From NCBI GenBank assembly GCA_937951895.1, contig CALFER010000076.1:16398-80397 (forward strand): a DNA stretch of 64,000 nt. The letters run 5' to 3'. Each line of letters opens with the position of its first letter. The stretch's first letter is position 1. This document shows positions 10,376-20,271 of the stretch, piece after piece. The stretch comes from an uncultured bacterium (lineage in GTDB: Bacteria > CSSED10-310 > CALFER01). Position numbers and translations under genes: made by a program. The notes under the pieces were generated by a model. That model was given only the letters and a program-made list of their open reading frames with translations. It ran no database searches and was not told the DNA's origin.

Positions 10376-11680
10376 TCAGGGTGCTGTGCGGACCAGCCGG
10401 AATCCGATCCAGAACCTTGTTGAGTTGGGTTCGAACAGCTGACGATTGGCGCATCGGCAAACTGCGGCAGAACTTCCCCATTCACCACCCCGGATGATCC
10501 GGTAATCGCCGGTCGATGGCCCCTGATAATCCGTAACGGCCCCCTCTGGATACTCGGCTTCATACCAATCCCAGACCCATTCGAACACATTTCCGAGTGT
10601 ATCCTTCAAGCCCCTCGGATTGGGTAGTTTCGATCCGATAACAGCAGCAGAGCCGCCCGCATTCGCGTGGTAGACACAATACTGCTCCAGAACCGTATGC
10701 GTGCCCTCTGTCGCCGAGTTGCAATTGCCGGCATGGTAGTTCGGCTCGTCGCAGAAAAAGGGTCCCTGTGTTCCGGCGCGGGTCATGAATTCCCATTCGC
10801 CTTCGGTCGGAAGCCGGTACCCGTTCGCAGTGAAATCACAGAAAAACGGACCGATCGAATAATTGGTCCGATCGACCGGAACCGTAAAGGAGGCATTTGT
10901 ATAGTAGCAACGGTTGTAGCCGTTCTGGAGGGACAGGAGATTGGCGAACAACACGGCATCATACCACGTGACCCGATTGATGGGATGATTCATGGTTGGA
11001 CTGTAATCGGTGTCGCTCGAATCCGACGTCAGTGTCGATTGAACTGCCTTGAGATCCGCCCACATCTGGCGGGATAATTCGGTTTCCATGACCAGGAGGT
11101 TCCGGATGAGTATATGTGTGAACGGATCTTCATCATCGCTCCGGCATGCTTCTTCATCGGGTGAGCCCTGCACGAAGGAACCGACTGTGATGGGGATCAT
11201 GTTTCCGACTGAAACGGGATGAGAAGGGTTCGGTGTGGGGGTGAATGGAGAACCGGACGTCCAGCTGAACGTGACATCAGCGAGGTTGCTGATGAGATTG
11301 CCCTGGGACACGACAGCGGCATAGAACAAGGCACCTGAAAACTCGCCTGCTCCGGATGGCCAGGCAAACTCCGGAATGATCGTCCTGACATCCTGGTAAT
11401 CAGCAGGAAAACTCGTCATCTCGAAATCGATATCCGGAGGATAGGTGACCCAACCGGGGAAAAACCAGAAATCACCGGTTCCGACAGTCAGAGCGACGAA
11501 GAGTTGTGCATCATTAATGGAAGAGCCGGTGTTGACGATGTCGAGAACCAATGAAAAGCCGACTCCGGGACTGAACGTATCTGTCGGCATCTGCAGGTCG
11601 AGTTCGATGTCTTGCGCCTGAATCGCAGTGCACACGGTCAACAAAATGAAACTCTGGAAAATACGATTTCTCGTGAACAT
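10376..11680 (-). CDS. Secreted FGE-sulfatase (formylglycine-generating enzyme family) domain protein with the novel ~115-aa domain at its N-terminus
   Basis: The start is refined to the ATG at 11680 (GGAGG SD), giving the signal peptide 'MFTRNRIFQSFILLTVCTAIQAQ'. The novel domain ('LQMPTDTFSPG...LFVALTVGTGDFWFFPGW...IIPEFAWP...FSW') follows. A short P/T linker and an FGE-type domain ('GYRLPTEGEWEFMTRAG', 'RGGEWGSSAAVCRC', 'GFRLVRTAP') complete the protein. Confidence 0.75.
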   Translation of the reverse strand: MFTRNRIFQSFILLTVCTAIQAQDIELDLQMPTDTFSPGVGFSLVLDIVNTGSSINDAQLFVALTVGTGDFWFFPGWVTYPPDIDFEMTSFPADYQDVRTIIPEFAWPSGAGEFSGALFYAAVVSQGNLISNLADVTFSWTSGSPFTPTPNPSHPVSVGNMIPITVGSFVQGSPDEEACRSDDEDPFTHILIRNLLVMETELSRQMWADLKAVQSTLTSDSSDTDYSPTMNHPINRVTWYDAVLFANLLSLQNGYNRCYYTNASFTVPVDRTNYSIGPFFCDFTANGYRLPTEGEWEFMTRAGTQGPFFCDEPNYHAGNCNSATEGTHTVLEQYCVYHANAGGSAAVIGSKLPNPRGLKDTLGNVFEWVWDWYEAEYPEGAVTDYQGPSTGDYRIIRGGEWGSSAAVCRCANRQLFEPNSTRFWIGFRLVRTAP

Positions 11681-11780
11681 CAAAACCTCCGTTGTTGATA
11701 GACCTTCGGTGGTCAATTCCCGGTTCCTGTTATCAATATGTAGAAGAGTCGTGAATTTTGCAAATGAAGTCGTCGGTGGC

Positions 11781-13988
11781 TCAGCGATCAATTCCCATCC
11801 CGGATAATACTCCCCGGGCTTCAAGGAGTGTCTCCCTGATATGGAGCGGAATATGCCTGGTTCCTCGCAACTCGATCATCCTGCACAGACGCTCCAGATC
11901 GGCTTTCTTTTCTTCATCCATCGGTTCGATTTGCGTCAGGGTGAGCAGTCTCCAGATCTTCAATCGAGCTAACTCGAGCTGGTAGCTTGAGTAACCGGAC
12001 TGGTAAACCAGTTCTTCAAGAATTCGAATGGCGATATCGTAATTTAGAATCATTTCCCGGCAGCTCATCGAGCGTTCATGTGTTCCGATGAAATTCGTGA
12101 TCAGGAAGACCTTGGTGATTCGAACATCCGGTGAATCCGCTTCGAGCGGTTCCAACATAGCAATCGCACGCTCAAATACGGCTCGGCTTGCATCCACAAG
12201 ATTCACTTTGTTGTAGCACATTGCAAGATTGTTACTGATCCTGGTGATTTTTACGGCATGGATCGGATTCGAGGGATCATAGGCATCGTAGTACCATGTT
12301 TCTGCCTGCTGGAGATAGGGTAATGCATCGGAATATCGCTTCTGTTCGTACAGCGTCAAACCTTTCCCGCCCAGTTGGTATCCGATGGCGATGGTCTGAT
12401 CATCGAACGTGCCTTCCGTGAGGAGTCTCTTTTTGATCTCAAGGCCTTCGTCCAGCAACCGCTCCGCTTCTTCTAACTGTCCCAGTGAAATGAGCACGGT
12501 TGATCTGTTGTACGTGATCTTGGTCAACAGTAAATCCAGTAAAGACCTGGGATATCTTTCTGTTGCGGAAATCTCCTCAAGAAAGCGTAATCCTTCGTCA
12601 TAGGTCTCGAGAGAACGAGTCATTTCGTTGGAACAGGATAACAGGTTTCCATGATCAACGAACAGATTGACTGCAAGCCTGATCCACTCCTCCGAACGCT
12701 CATCAGCAGGTGTAAGCCGCACATACATTTTACCGGTCGCGTAGGCGTGGTCTGCTCCTTCCGAATCCATCAGTGCTTCGAGAATCAGTCCTTTTTGATA
12801 CAAGGCTTGGGCACATTCCATTGCAGTCCGTTCCATCCCGCTCTCGAACTGCTCCTGAGCAACACGGCTGTAGGTCTGATTGATCTCCAGATCGAACAGG
12901 ATCTTCCCGTAATTCGATCTGGGTTTCTGAGTTGCGAAAACACCGGCATCCGAGGGCCCGGTGCGTTCGAGGAGTTTCATCAGATTGATCTGCGGGTCCT
13001 GCCAACGTGAACCCGAAACGAGACTTCGTCCGGCTCTTTCTTCCAGTGATGCCGCTTTGGGGATCGGTTCCACATTTGAACGAGGATAGTCGTTTCCGGT
13101 GTATTCGCTGTATGTTTCTTCCAGTACGGCAACGGCATCGCCGATTCGTTCCCAGCGATCGGCGGGATTCGGTTTGAAGCACCTCTCCAAAACAAGGATC
13201 AGCTTTGGAGGAATAGTGATTCGGGGGGTGGATCGGAGAGTCAGATTTTCCAGTACATGCGGTGCGAGAATGCCGATTTGCCAGGTGATCGCGCCTGTCA
13301 CCATATGAAGAATCGTCACGCCCCAGTTCCAGAGATCGCTCTGGAAGGTGATCTTTCGTCCGGAAGCCTGTTCAGGTGAACAATAAGCAGGGGTCATTCC
13401 TGCGGAACTGACGAGCGGCGTCATGCTCCGGAGGTCTTGATCCGGTCCGGGTGACATCGGTAACGATCGCGCCAGCCCGAAATCGGTGATTTTCACAACT
13501 CCGTCCACAGTCACCAATGCATTCGCGGGTTTGATGTCCTGATGAATGACTCCCCAGTCATGCGAAACCTGAAGACCCCTGCCCAGTTGGATCCCTGCAT
13601 CCAGAACGGCTTCCAGCGTGTTCAGCCGACCGGATTTTATGGATGCTTCCAGAGTGCCGCCGTTAACATACTCACAGCAGATTGCAATCTGGTTCTCGAT
13701 CGAACGGATAAAGCGGCATGTCGTGATATTGGGGTGGATCGGCAGGTCGATCCACGAATAGAGTTCTCGAAAGAACGAAGCTTCAGGTGAGATGTCATTC
13801 CGATGATCGCTTCGGAGTATCTTGACGGCATAATGGTGGCCTGTCAGGGCATCATGAACGAGATACACCCGGCCGAAACCGCCTTCTCCAAGCAGGCGAA
13901 CGATCGTGTAGTTTTTAAAGAGAACCTGATCGTCCTTCCATACAGGTCGGTCTTCCCGGAGACTCGGCAGGGTGGTATCTGCATTCAT
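11781..13988 (-). CDS. Ser/Thr protein kinase with C-terminal TPR-like repeat region
   Basis: Glycine loop 'LGEGGFGRVY', catalytic Lys 'YAVKIL', catalytic loop 'HQDIKPANALV' and 'DFGLAR' are present. About 450 aa of helical repeats follow. The gene lies 100 nt upstream of the FGE/T2SS-like operon on the same strand. Confidence 0.8.
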   Translation of the reverse strand: MNADTTLPSLREDRPVWKDDQVLFKNYTIVRLLGEGGFGRVYLVHDALTGHHYAVKILRSDHRNDISPEASFFRELYSWIDLPIHPNITTCRFIRSIENQIAICCEYVNGGTLEASIKSGRLNTLEAVLDAGIQLGRGLQVSHDWGVIHQDIKPANALVTVDGVVKITDFGLARSLPMSPGPDQDLRSMTPLVSSAGMTPAYCSPEQASGRKITFQSDLWNWGVTILHMVTGAITWQIGILAPHVLENLTLRSTPRITIPPKLILVLERCFKPNPADRWERIGDAVAVLEETYSEYTGNDYPRSNVEPIPKAASLEERAGRSLVSGSRWQDPQINLMKLLERTGPSDAGVFATQKPRSNYGKILFDLEINQTYSRVAQEQFESGMERTAMECAQALYQKGLILEALMDSEGADHAYATGKMYVRLTPADERSEEWIRLAVNLFVDHGNLLSCSNEMTRSLETYDEGLRFLEEISATERYPRSLLDLLLTKITYNRSTVLISLGQLEEAERLLDEGLEIKKRLLTEGTFDDQTIAIGYQLGGKGLTLYEQKRYSDALPYLQQAETWYYDAYDPSNPIHAVKITRISNNLAMCYNKVNLVDASRAVFERAIAMLEPLEADSPDVRITKVFLITNFIGTHERSMSCREMILNYDIAIRILEELVYQSGYSSYQLELARLKIWRLLTLTQIEPMDEEKKADLERLCRMIELRGTRHIPLHIRETLLEARGVLSGMGIDR

Positions 13989-14184
13989 CGTTCAACGATA
14001 CCGCATCATTGCCATCAATCACAAGGGTGGATCGATCGGATCCATGCAGATTCCGTGCGGGAAATGCGGGTGTCCGGGAAAGCGGATGCCAGTCTGTGAT
14101 TTGTTTTTCTACCTCGTCACCATTATTACCGAATAGTATTCACCCGGATCGGATTCAGATCCGGTCGAAAGAAATGGAGACGGG

Positions 14185-16119
14185 ATGAAGGTAACAGGGA
14201 AATCAGTCGGATCGATCGGATTCGGGTTGGTTCTGTGGATGATGTGGACCCCGAAACTCCATGCCATGCATAGTCCGCAATGGATTTGGGAAGACCCCAG
14301 GAGCTCACTTGGGATGAATCTCGATATGAGCGCATCGGGCAATGAGATGGTGGTGGGCACATCATCCGGGGATGACAACCGCATGGTGGTGGCGTACTTC
14401 AACCAGGAATCGTCCTTTCCCGTGGCTCGAATCGAGTATCCCGGCGCCGGGAGCATCGGCAGCGTATCGATTTCCGATGATGGATTCCGATACGCGTGTG
14501 CGTTCGGTCATGAGATTCATGTTTATCAGGCGCCCGACACGGAAATCTTCACGTTCCGGGATAACGACCTGCTCCTGTCTCAAGTCGCTCTGAACACGGA
14601 CGGCAGCAAACTGGTCGTGACCAGTCTCCACAATCAATCTCTGCCCGGACGTGTCCTGTTCTTCGACGTGGATACCCAGGCATTGCTGTGGCAGGACGAT
14701 CCGTCGGAGGAAGTATCCGTCAACGGCGCGTACGCTCCGTCACGAATCTCAGCGGACGGCACCCGTGTGCTGGTGCTGTTTGCGGGCCGTCAGATGGGGA
14801 ACCCGGCGTATGTCGTGCTGTATCAGACCGACTCGGTCGACCCCGGAGCGCCCGTATGGATCAGCCAACCACTGGAAGCCTGGGGGCGTCAGATCGAGAT
14901 GTCTGCGGACGGGAACTTCTTCATCACGATCCTGGCAAACATCATCTCGTGTTTCGATATGTCGCCGCCGATAGCCGGCGTTAAAACACCGCTCTGGGAG
15001 GCAGAGGGGAGTGGATATGATACATTGAATCACTTCGGAGGCATTTCCGACGATGGTTCGGTCGTGGCCCATTTCGGTGAAACCTCGACCGGATCCTGGG
15101 TTGAAATCTACGACGGCGCGAATGGATCGATCCATTGGATGTCCTACGTGTTTCTGGAAGAGATAAGAGGGTGTGTCTCGGGAGACGGAACCCGTGTCGC
15201 GTATTCATCCTGGGAGAATCCCGAACCGGTGAATCACTTTGTGTATGATATCGGGGAGGGATCGGTGATCTGGTCAGAACCCGGTTACGGTCTGGTTGCG
15301 ATGAACACGACAGGTGATCGGCTTTTTCTTACGGATGGCAGTGACGACGAATCACCGCCGACGCGATTGATGAGGCTGGAAGATAACCTTCCGCCGCAAT
15401 GCAGTATCGAGTCGCCCCTGCCGGGCGAGACAGTATCAGGGATGGTGCATCTCACCGGTTTAGTCGCCGATGTCGATGATCTGATCGAACGTGTCGAGGT
15501 ATTGTTGCCATCCGGTGTGACGCTCGCGAACGCACCTTCAGGAGCTTCGGGAGAATGGTCGGCGGATATCGACGTGTCTGCTTATGCGGGAAGCCTGTTG
15601 CTGATCAAAGCCCGTGCGATCGATACCCGGTACAAGCATGGTCAATGGGCGGAGGTTGGTGTCGCTGTCGTGCCCGATGGGACTCCGACTCCGGGACCCA
15701 GCGCAACATCGGCCGCCGAGTTTACTCCAACCCCCACCCCACCGTCTCCAGCCGGGCTCACACTGTCGCTGGCTCTCTCACAGAACCTGTTCATGGCCGG
15801 GGATGCCTTCTGGCTGGACGCGATGATCGACAATCCGCAGGAACCCCTCACACAAGTTCCATTGGTCGTGCTGCTCGAGATCCACGGCGCATTTTTCTGC
15901 TGGCCGTCCTGGTCGGCGCTGGAAGTTTCCGGCGAGGGATTTGATTACTCCTTGCGCAATATCCCACGCGGGACGCATCGATTCGAGATCATCCAGCCGT
16001 TCTTCTGGCCGGAAACCGGTGGTTGGGGAATCGGACTCCTTTTCTATGGGGTTTTACTCGATCCTCAATTCTCAAACCTGTTGTGCGATATCGATGTCGA
16101 GATGTGGTCGTATCGCTGA
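14185..16119 (+). CDS. Secreted beta-propeller-like repeat protein with Ig-like region, P/T linker and novel C-terminal domain
   Basis: An N-terminal hydrophobic signal is followed by repeated strand-like segments. The linker is 'PDGTPTPGPSATSAAEFTPTPTPPSP'. The C-terminal 115 aa ('PLVVLLEIHGAFFCWPSW...FFWP') match the shared domain. Confidence 0.6.
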   Translation: MKVTGKSVGSIGFGLVLWMMWTPKLHAMHSPQWIWEDPRSSLGMNLDMSASGNEMVVGTSSGDDNRMVVAYFNQESSFPVARIEYPGAGSIGSVSISDDGFRYACAFGHEIHVYQAPDTEIFTFRDNDLLLSQVALNTDGSKLVVTSLHNQSLPGRVLFFDVDTQALLWQDDPSEEVSVNGAYAPSRISADGTRVLVLFAGRQMGNPAYVVLYQTDSVDPGAPVWISQPLEAWGRQIEMSADGNFFITILANIISCFDMSPPIAGVKTPLWEAEGSGYDTLNHFGGISDDGSVVAHFGETSTGSWVEIYDGANGSIHWMSYVFLEEIRGCVSGDGTRVAYSSWENPEPVNHFVYDIGEGSVIWSEPGYGLVAMNTTGDRLFLTDGSDDESPPTRLMRLEDNLPPQCSIESPLPGETVSGMVHLTGLVADVDDLIERVEVLLPSGVTLANAPSGASGEWSADIDVSAYAGSLLLIKARAIDTRYKHGQWAEVGVAVVPDGTPTPGPSATSAAEFTPTPTPPSPAGLTLSLALSQNLFMAGDAFWLDAMIDNPQEPLTQVPLVVLLEIHGAFFCWPSWSALEVSGEGFDYSLRNIPRGTHRFEIIQPFFWPETGGWGIGLLFYGVLLDPQFSNLLCDIDVEMWSYR

Positions 16120-16344
16120 ACACCGGCATCGCTTCAAATTCTATCGTATCGGACGCTCCAGGATTTGATCGAACCGATTGATCTCGATCGATTGGTCTGA
16201 TAGATTCACAATAAACTGATCGCGAGACCCTGTTGGAAGTCGCGTCACGATCATCTCCGATTCCATTTGGAGATGGATTGGATGAGACGGGAACTGCGAT
16301 TCGGGTTGTCGCGGTATTCAGACACGATGCGAGGAGGGCGAGTC

Positions 16345-19191
16345 ATGAAGGTAGCGAGTACCATGTGTTTGATCCCGATCATGATCTTCGGAATGATCCC
16401 GATTTGTGATGCATCTTCCTACAAGGTTCGTGTTCCGCATACGATTGAATTCATGTGTGAAGAGGGAACCGGAGGTTATACCGGATATTGGGGGCTCAAG
16501 GTCGTTTGGGGACCCTATCCGGATGCTGCCGGGTATCAGGTGATTTCGCATCATGGCGCGTATGGGGGCGGTTTAGTTGCAGGCAATGTACATGAATGGA
16601 GCATCGGAGGGGGGAGCCCGGTCGCACCCGGCGGATGTCCTGCGATCGAAGCGTCGGTCAATCCCGCCTGGTATCAGAATATCTATGAAGTATGGGGAAC
16701 CTTTCCCGAAGGCGGGAATCTCGAATTGCATAAAACAGACAACATATACGGTGCTGCCCATCCCGGCGACGAAGTGCGATACTTCCTGATCTACAAGAAT
16801 ACCGGGAAGTATCCGTTGCTCGATTGTATCGTCGAAGAAACATGGCCGGACTACATGGAGTTTGTTGCCGGAGGCAGTTCAACCGGTCCGAATACCGTGA
16901 TCTGGAACTTTGGTACGCTGTATCCCGGACAATGGGTCCAGGTCGAACTCGTGTTGCGAATCAGTGAAGATCTCCCGCAATCGATCACGGAAATCTATAA
17001 TGTCGCGGTCGCACATCCCGCTCCTTCACCCTCGCCGGCACCCGGCGGCACACCCGGGTCGGGTATTTCGACCGTCAGCGGCTACGCCGTTTCGCACTGC
17101 GATGCGTTGCGATGCAACTTCGTGACGGGCGACACGGATTGGATCGATCGACCGGACTTCTCCAGTTATCAGGATCTCGTTCCCTATGACGTCGTGCGGG
17201 GGAATGATGATGTGTTGCTCAATTCCGGCTTTACCTCGTTCAACCATACTGTCGCGACAGGAACGCTTCTCCTGTATCAGGGCGGTTTCCACCTCACGAA
17301 TTGTCCGGATCTTCCGGATCAGGTGTTATCCGAGATCATTCTCGACACGCCCGCGTCCATCGAGCATGCTGTATCCGGTATCATGAGCCCAGACGATCAT
17401 GTCAGAGTGCTCGGTCAGTTCCTCACCGTGGAAATTCATGAAGGGCGATATACGCTCAGTGACGATGCGGCCAGCGAATTCGTGGAGGTTGAATCCGGAG
17501 GGATCACGGTGGTCGACCCGCTCGGCGATCGGCATGACCTGACGTCGGGTGACACGTTTACATGGCCCCCGTTGATCGGTCCGAAGAACGGCAGCAACGG
17601 CCCGACGCTGACCGGAACCTCACCGGATCCATTCGGTTCGGTCGAAGTCGGTCATATCGCGATTCAATACGAGTTCGATGAAGCGGTGTCTTCAATCGGC
17701 AATGCGAGCAGTTTTGCGATCGGAGAGACGTCCGGTGTGTGGCATGGGTCGGGCACCCTGACCGATCTCGCATCCTATGTTTCCATCTCCTGGAATGCCG
17801 AAAACACCATTATGACTCTTACAGTAAACTCGACATATCCATGGTTCGGTATGGATCTGGCGGCAGGAATGACCCTCATCACCGGATTGCATCTCGTGGA
17901 TGTCACCGGTCCTTCCGGCACGACACCCGAGATCTATCAGACGATTCCGATCTTTGTCACATCAACGACTTCGTCGCTCGGATGGGTGAGTTGCGAGTAT
18001 GAGCACTTCAGTTTTATCACTCAGGGAAATGACCTTCTATCTCCGGGCGCATCCTGGCATGTCCAGCAACTTCCGTCGCTTCCGGGAGCTGTCCCTGCCG
18101 GTATGTATCAGGCCAGTCCAGCTTTCGAGTTTCAATTCGACGGAACCGTCCTGGATCACTACTGGCTTCAACTCCGTCCCGGTACGCCATGGGGACTTCC
18201 GCAGGGTAACGCGGGCGGTGGACTCTATGTGTGGAGTGGTGCGGAATGGGTCATGCAGCGCGAAGGATTCGGGCTCGAGTGGACCTGGTCGAACCCGCTG
18301 ACGGATCCCCATCAGATCATCGTGCTGCTTTCGGTGTGCGAGCGTCCTGAAGCACCCGGAATTGTTTCGATCGTTCCGAACGCGGGGAGTGGTCCCGTAT
18401 CACCGGATAGCGCAATCGTGATTCAGGTGGCGGCCCGTTCCGGAATCCGTGAACATACAGCGGATATCCGCATCAACGGACAGCGGACGCTTTCATTCGA
18501 TCCGGCAACCGGACAGCTCCAGGGATGGATCGTTGAAGAAAACGATGGGGTGACGACGTTCACCTATACACCGGAAACAGAGTGGCAGGACGGGCAGATC
18601 GTCTTTGTCAGTTACTATCTGGCAGCTCGCTTCGGTTTGATCTCCACGGAAGGGTCGTTTGCATTCCAGGTGGTCTGTTCGGATCCGACCGATGGCGATG
18701 GGGACGGGATGCCGGACAAGTGGGAGACAGCGAATGGAACGAATCCGTCCGGCTTCGACCGGGATGCGGACCCCGACGGTGATTCGCATGCGAACATTAC
18801 AGAATATACACATTGCAGCAGCCCATCGTCTTCGATCTCGTTGCCCGCATTTCCACGGATCGATATCGTCGCGAATCAGGAAGCGTACTATGCCTCCGAT
18901 GAGATGCTCGTCAAGGCACGTGTCACCAGCGGACCTGTCTCCCTGCCGGTCGATCTGTATGTCGCACTCGAGCTGTATGGCGGGTTTTACTTCTGGCCTG
19001 CATTTTCGACCGACGTCGTTCCGATATCCTTCACTATGCCATCGGGAATCGATGTTTCATTCGATCTGTTCTCATATACCTGGGACACGATTCCTGCCGC
19101 GATGACTCTCACGTGGTATGGTGTGTTTGTCGAACCTCAATCCATGTTTCTTTACAGCCTGGATTCACTCTCGATGATTCTGGCGCTCTGA
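16345..19191 (+). CDS. Large secreted protein with DUF11-like Ig-like domain, thrombospondin-type-3-like Ca-binding Asp-rich repeats and novel C-terminal domain
   Basis: The start is refined to the ATG at 16345 (GGAGGAGGG SD), giving the signal 'MKVASTMCLIPIMIFGMIPICDA'. The protein carries 'DGDGDGMPDKWETANGTNPSGFDRDADPDGDSH'. The C-terminal domain is 'PVDLYVALELYGGFYFWPAFS...FSYTWD'. Confidence 0.6.
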   Translation: MKVASTMCLIPIMIFGMIPICDASSYKVRVPHTIEFMCEEGTGGYTGYWGLKVVWGPYPDAAGYQVISHHGAYGGGLVAGNVHEWSIGGGSPVAPGGCPAIEASVNPAWYQNIYEVWGTFPEGGNLELHKTDNIYGAAHPGDEVRYFLIYKNTGKYPLLDCIVEETWPDYMEFVAGGSSTGPNTVIWNFGTLYPGQWVQVELVLRISEDLPQSITEIYNVAVAHPAPSPSPAPGGTPGSGISTVSGYAVSHCDALRCNFVTGDTDWIDRPDFSSYQDLVPYDVVRGNDDVLLNSGFTSFNHTVATGTLLLYQGGFHLTNCPDLPDQVLSEIILDTPASIEHAVSGIMSPDDHVRVLGQFLTVEIHEGRYTLSDDAASEFVEVESGGITVVDPLGDRHDLTSGDTFTWPPLIGPKNGSNGPTLTGTSPDPFGSVEVGHIAIQYEFDEAVSSIGNASSFAIGETSGVWHGSGTLTDLASYVSISWNAENTIMTLTVNSTYPWFGMDLAAGMTLITGLHLVDVTGPSGTTPEIYQTIPIFVTSTTSSLGWVSCEYEHFSFITQGNDLLSPGASWHVQQLPSLPGAVPAGMYQASPAFEFQFDGTVLDHYWLQLRPGTPWGLPQGNAGGGLYVWSGAEWVMQREGFGLEWTWSNPLTDPHQIIVLLSVCERPEAPGIVSIVPNAGSGPVSPDSAIVIQVAARSGIREHTADIRINGQRTLSFDPATGQLQGWIVEENDGVTTFTYTPETEWQDGQIVFVSYYLAARFGLISTEGSFAFQVVCSDPTDGDGDGMPDKWETANGTNPSGFDRDADPDGDSHANITEYTHCSSPSSSISLPAFPRIDIVANQEAYYASDEMLVKARVTSGPVSLPVDLYVALELYGGFYFWPAFSTDVVPISFTMPSGIDVSFDLFSYTWDTIPAAMTLTWYGVFVEPQSMFLYSLDSLSMILAL

Positions 19192-19252
19192 AACAGCCCT
19201 GTTCACGGAATGAGTTTTCGTCCAAGATCCACCGCCATGACCGCCACGATCT

Positions 19253-20179
19253 TCATGAGCGCTTCCTTCTCTGATCGACAAGATGGCGCAACGATTCGGG
19301 GATGTCCCATCCTTCCGGATGATCGTGTACCTTCCATCGTTGATGGAACCAGAGCCATTGCCCGGGATGTTCGCGAATCCAGCCCTCGATGATGTGGTTC
19401 AATCGCTGGGTGTTGTGCCTGAGATTCTCGGTGTGATCCGAATGAGGACTTTCGAGTTCGAACGGAGCGAAGAACCTCCCGACATGCTTCCCGGTATGAC
19501 CGATGCGGTAAATATAGGCGGGGAGTATGACGGCGCCGGTTTCATAGGCGAAGCGAGCGGGCGCGTGCGAGGTTGACGCGAGAAGATCGAAGAATGTGCA
19601 GACAACGGATCGGTACTTTGCAGCATGCTGATCGACCACAAAACAAACCAGTTTGTTTTCACTGAGGAGTTGCTGGATCAGGTCCTTGGATTTTCTGGGA
19701 GGAATGAGCGTGACACCCGTGCTGGAACGGACCGCCGAGAGAAACGCGTTGAGGGATTTCGAGTGAATGTCTCGGGCGGTCACGCAGACCGGCAATCCCC
19801 GCAGAGCGAGTCCGCATCCGGCATAATCCGTATTGTCCATGTGGGATGCCATGATGATCACGCCCTTCCCTCGCGCAAGGGCCGCATCAATATGCTCCAA
19901 TCCATGATACTCGATGATCGAATCACACGTTTCGCGAGTCAGACTCGGCAGTCGGAGCAGTTCGATGCCGTACATGCCCTGCTGCGCATAACAATCCCGC
20001 GCGATCCGACGCACGTCGGAGCGTGGCAGATCTTCGCCGAACGCTCGCCGGATGTTCCGAACCACGACGGAGTATCGGATCGGCAGGCAGTAGAAGCAGA
20101 GCAATCCGAGAAAACGTCCCAGGTCGATAGCGGTCTGGAGCGGAAGTTTTGAAATCCAGTGGCTGAGCAGGAGAAGCAT
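19253..20179 (-). CDS. Lysophospholipid/lipid A acyltransferase family protein (LpxL/HtrB-like)
   Basis: An N-terminal membrane anchor is present. An HX4D acyltransferase motif ('ASHMDNTD') is present. The overall architecture resembles Kdo2-lipid IVA lauroyl/myristoyl transferases. Confidence 0.65.
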   Translation of the reverse strand: MLLLLSHWISKLPLQTAIDLGRFLGLLCFYCLPIRYSVVVRNIRRAFGEDLPRSDVRRIARDCYAQQGMYGIELLRLPSLTRETCDSIIEYHGLEHIDAALARGKGVIIMASHMDNTDYAGCGLALRGLPVCVTARDIHSKSLNAFLSAVRSSTGVTLIPPRKSKDLIQQLLSENKLVCFVVDQHAAKYRSVVCTFFDLLASTSHAPARFAYETGAVILPAYIYRIGHTGKHVGRFFAPFELESPHSDHTENLRHNTQRLNHIIEGWIREHPGQWLWFHQRWKVHDHPEGWDIPESLRHLVDQRRKRS

Positions 20180-20271
20180 GATTGGTCTCCGGAGAGGAAG
20201 AACGTCGCGTTCGTCTCATCCCATCTCAACCGACATGACGCGGATTGTCAACCTTCGTTCATTCGTCCCGG

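Noticed and set aside
10376-11824. A 44-nt overlap of the FGE-domain gene with the kinase gene and an unusual N-terminus 'MKPGEYYPGW...'.
   Set aside because: A downstream ATG at 11680 with a GGAGG SD yields a canonical signal peptide. The longer start was rejected.
13989-14184. Sigma-54 promoters upstream of the surface-protein genes (intergenic regions before 14185, 16345, 40234, 51082, 56123 and 58173 were scanned by eye for TGGCAC-N5-TTGC).
   Set aside because: No GG-N10-GC element with flanking consensus was found. Only the site at 45054-45069 qualifies.
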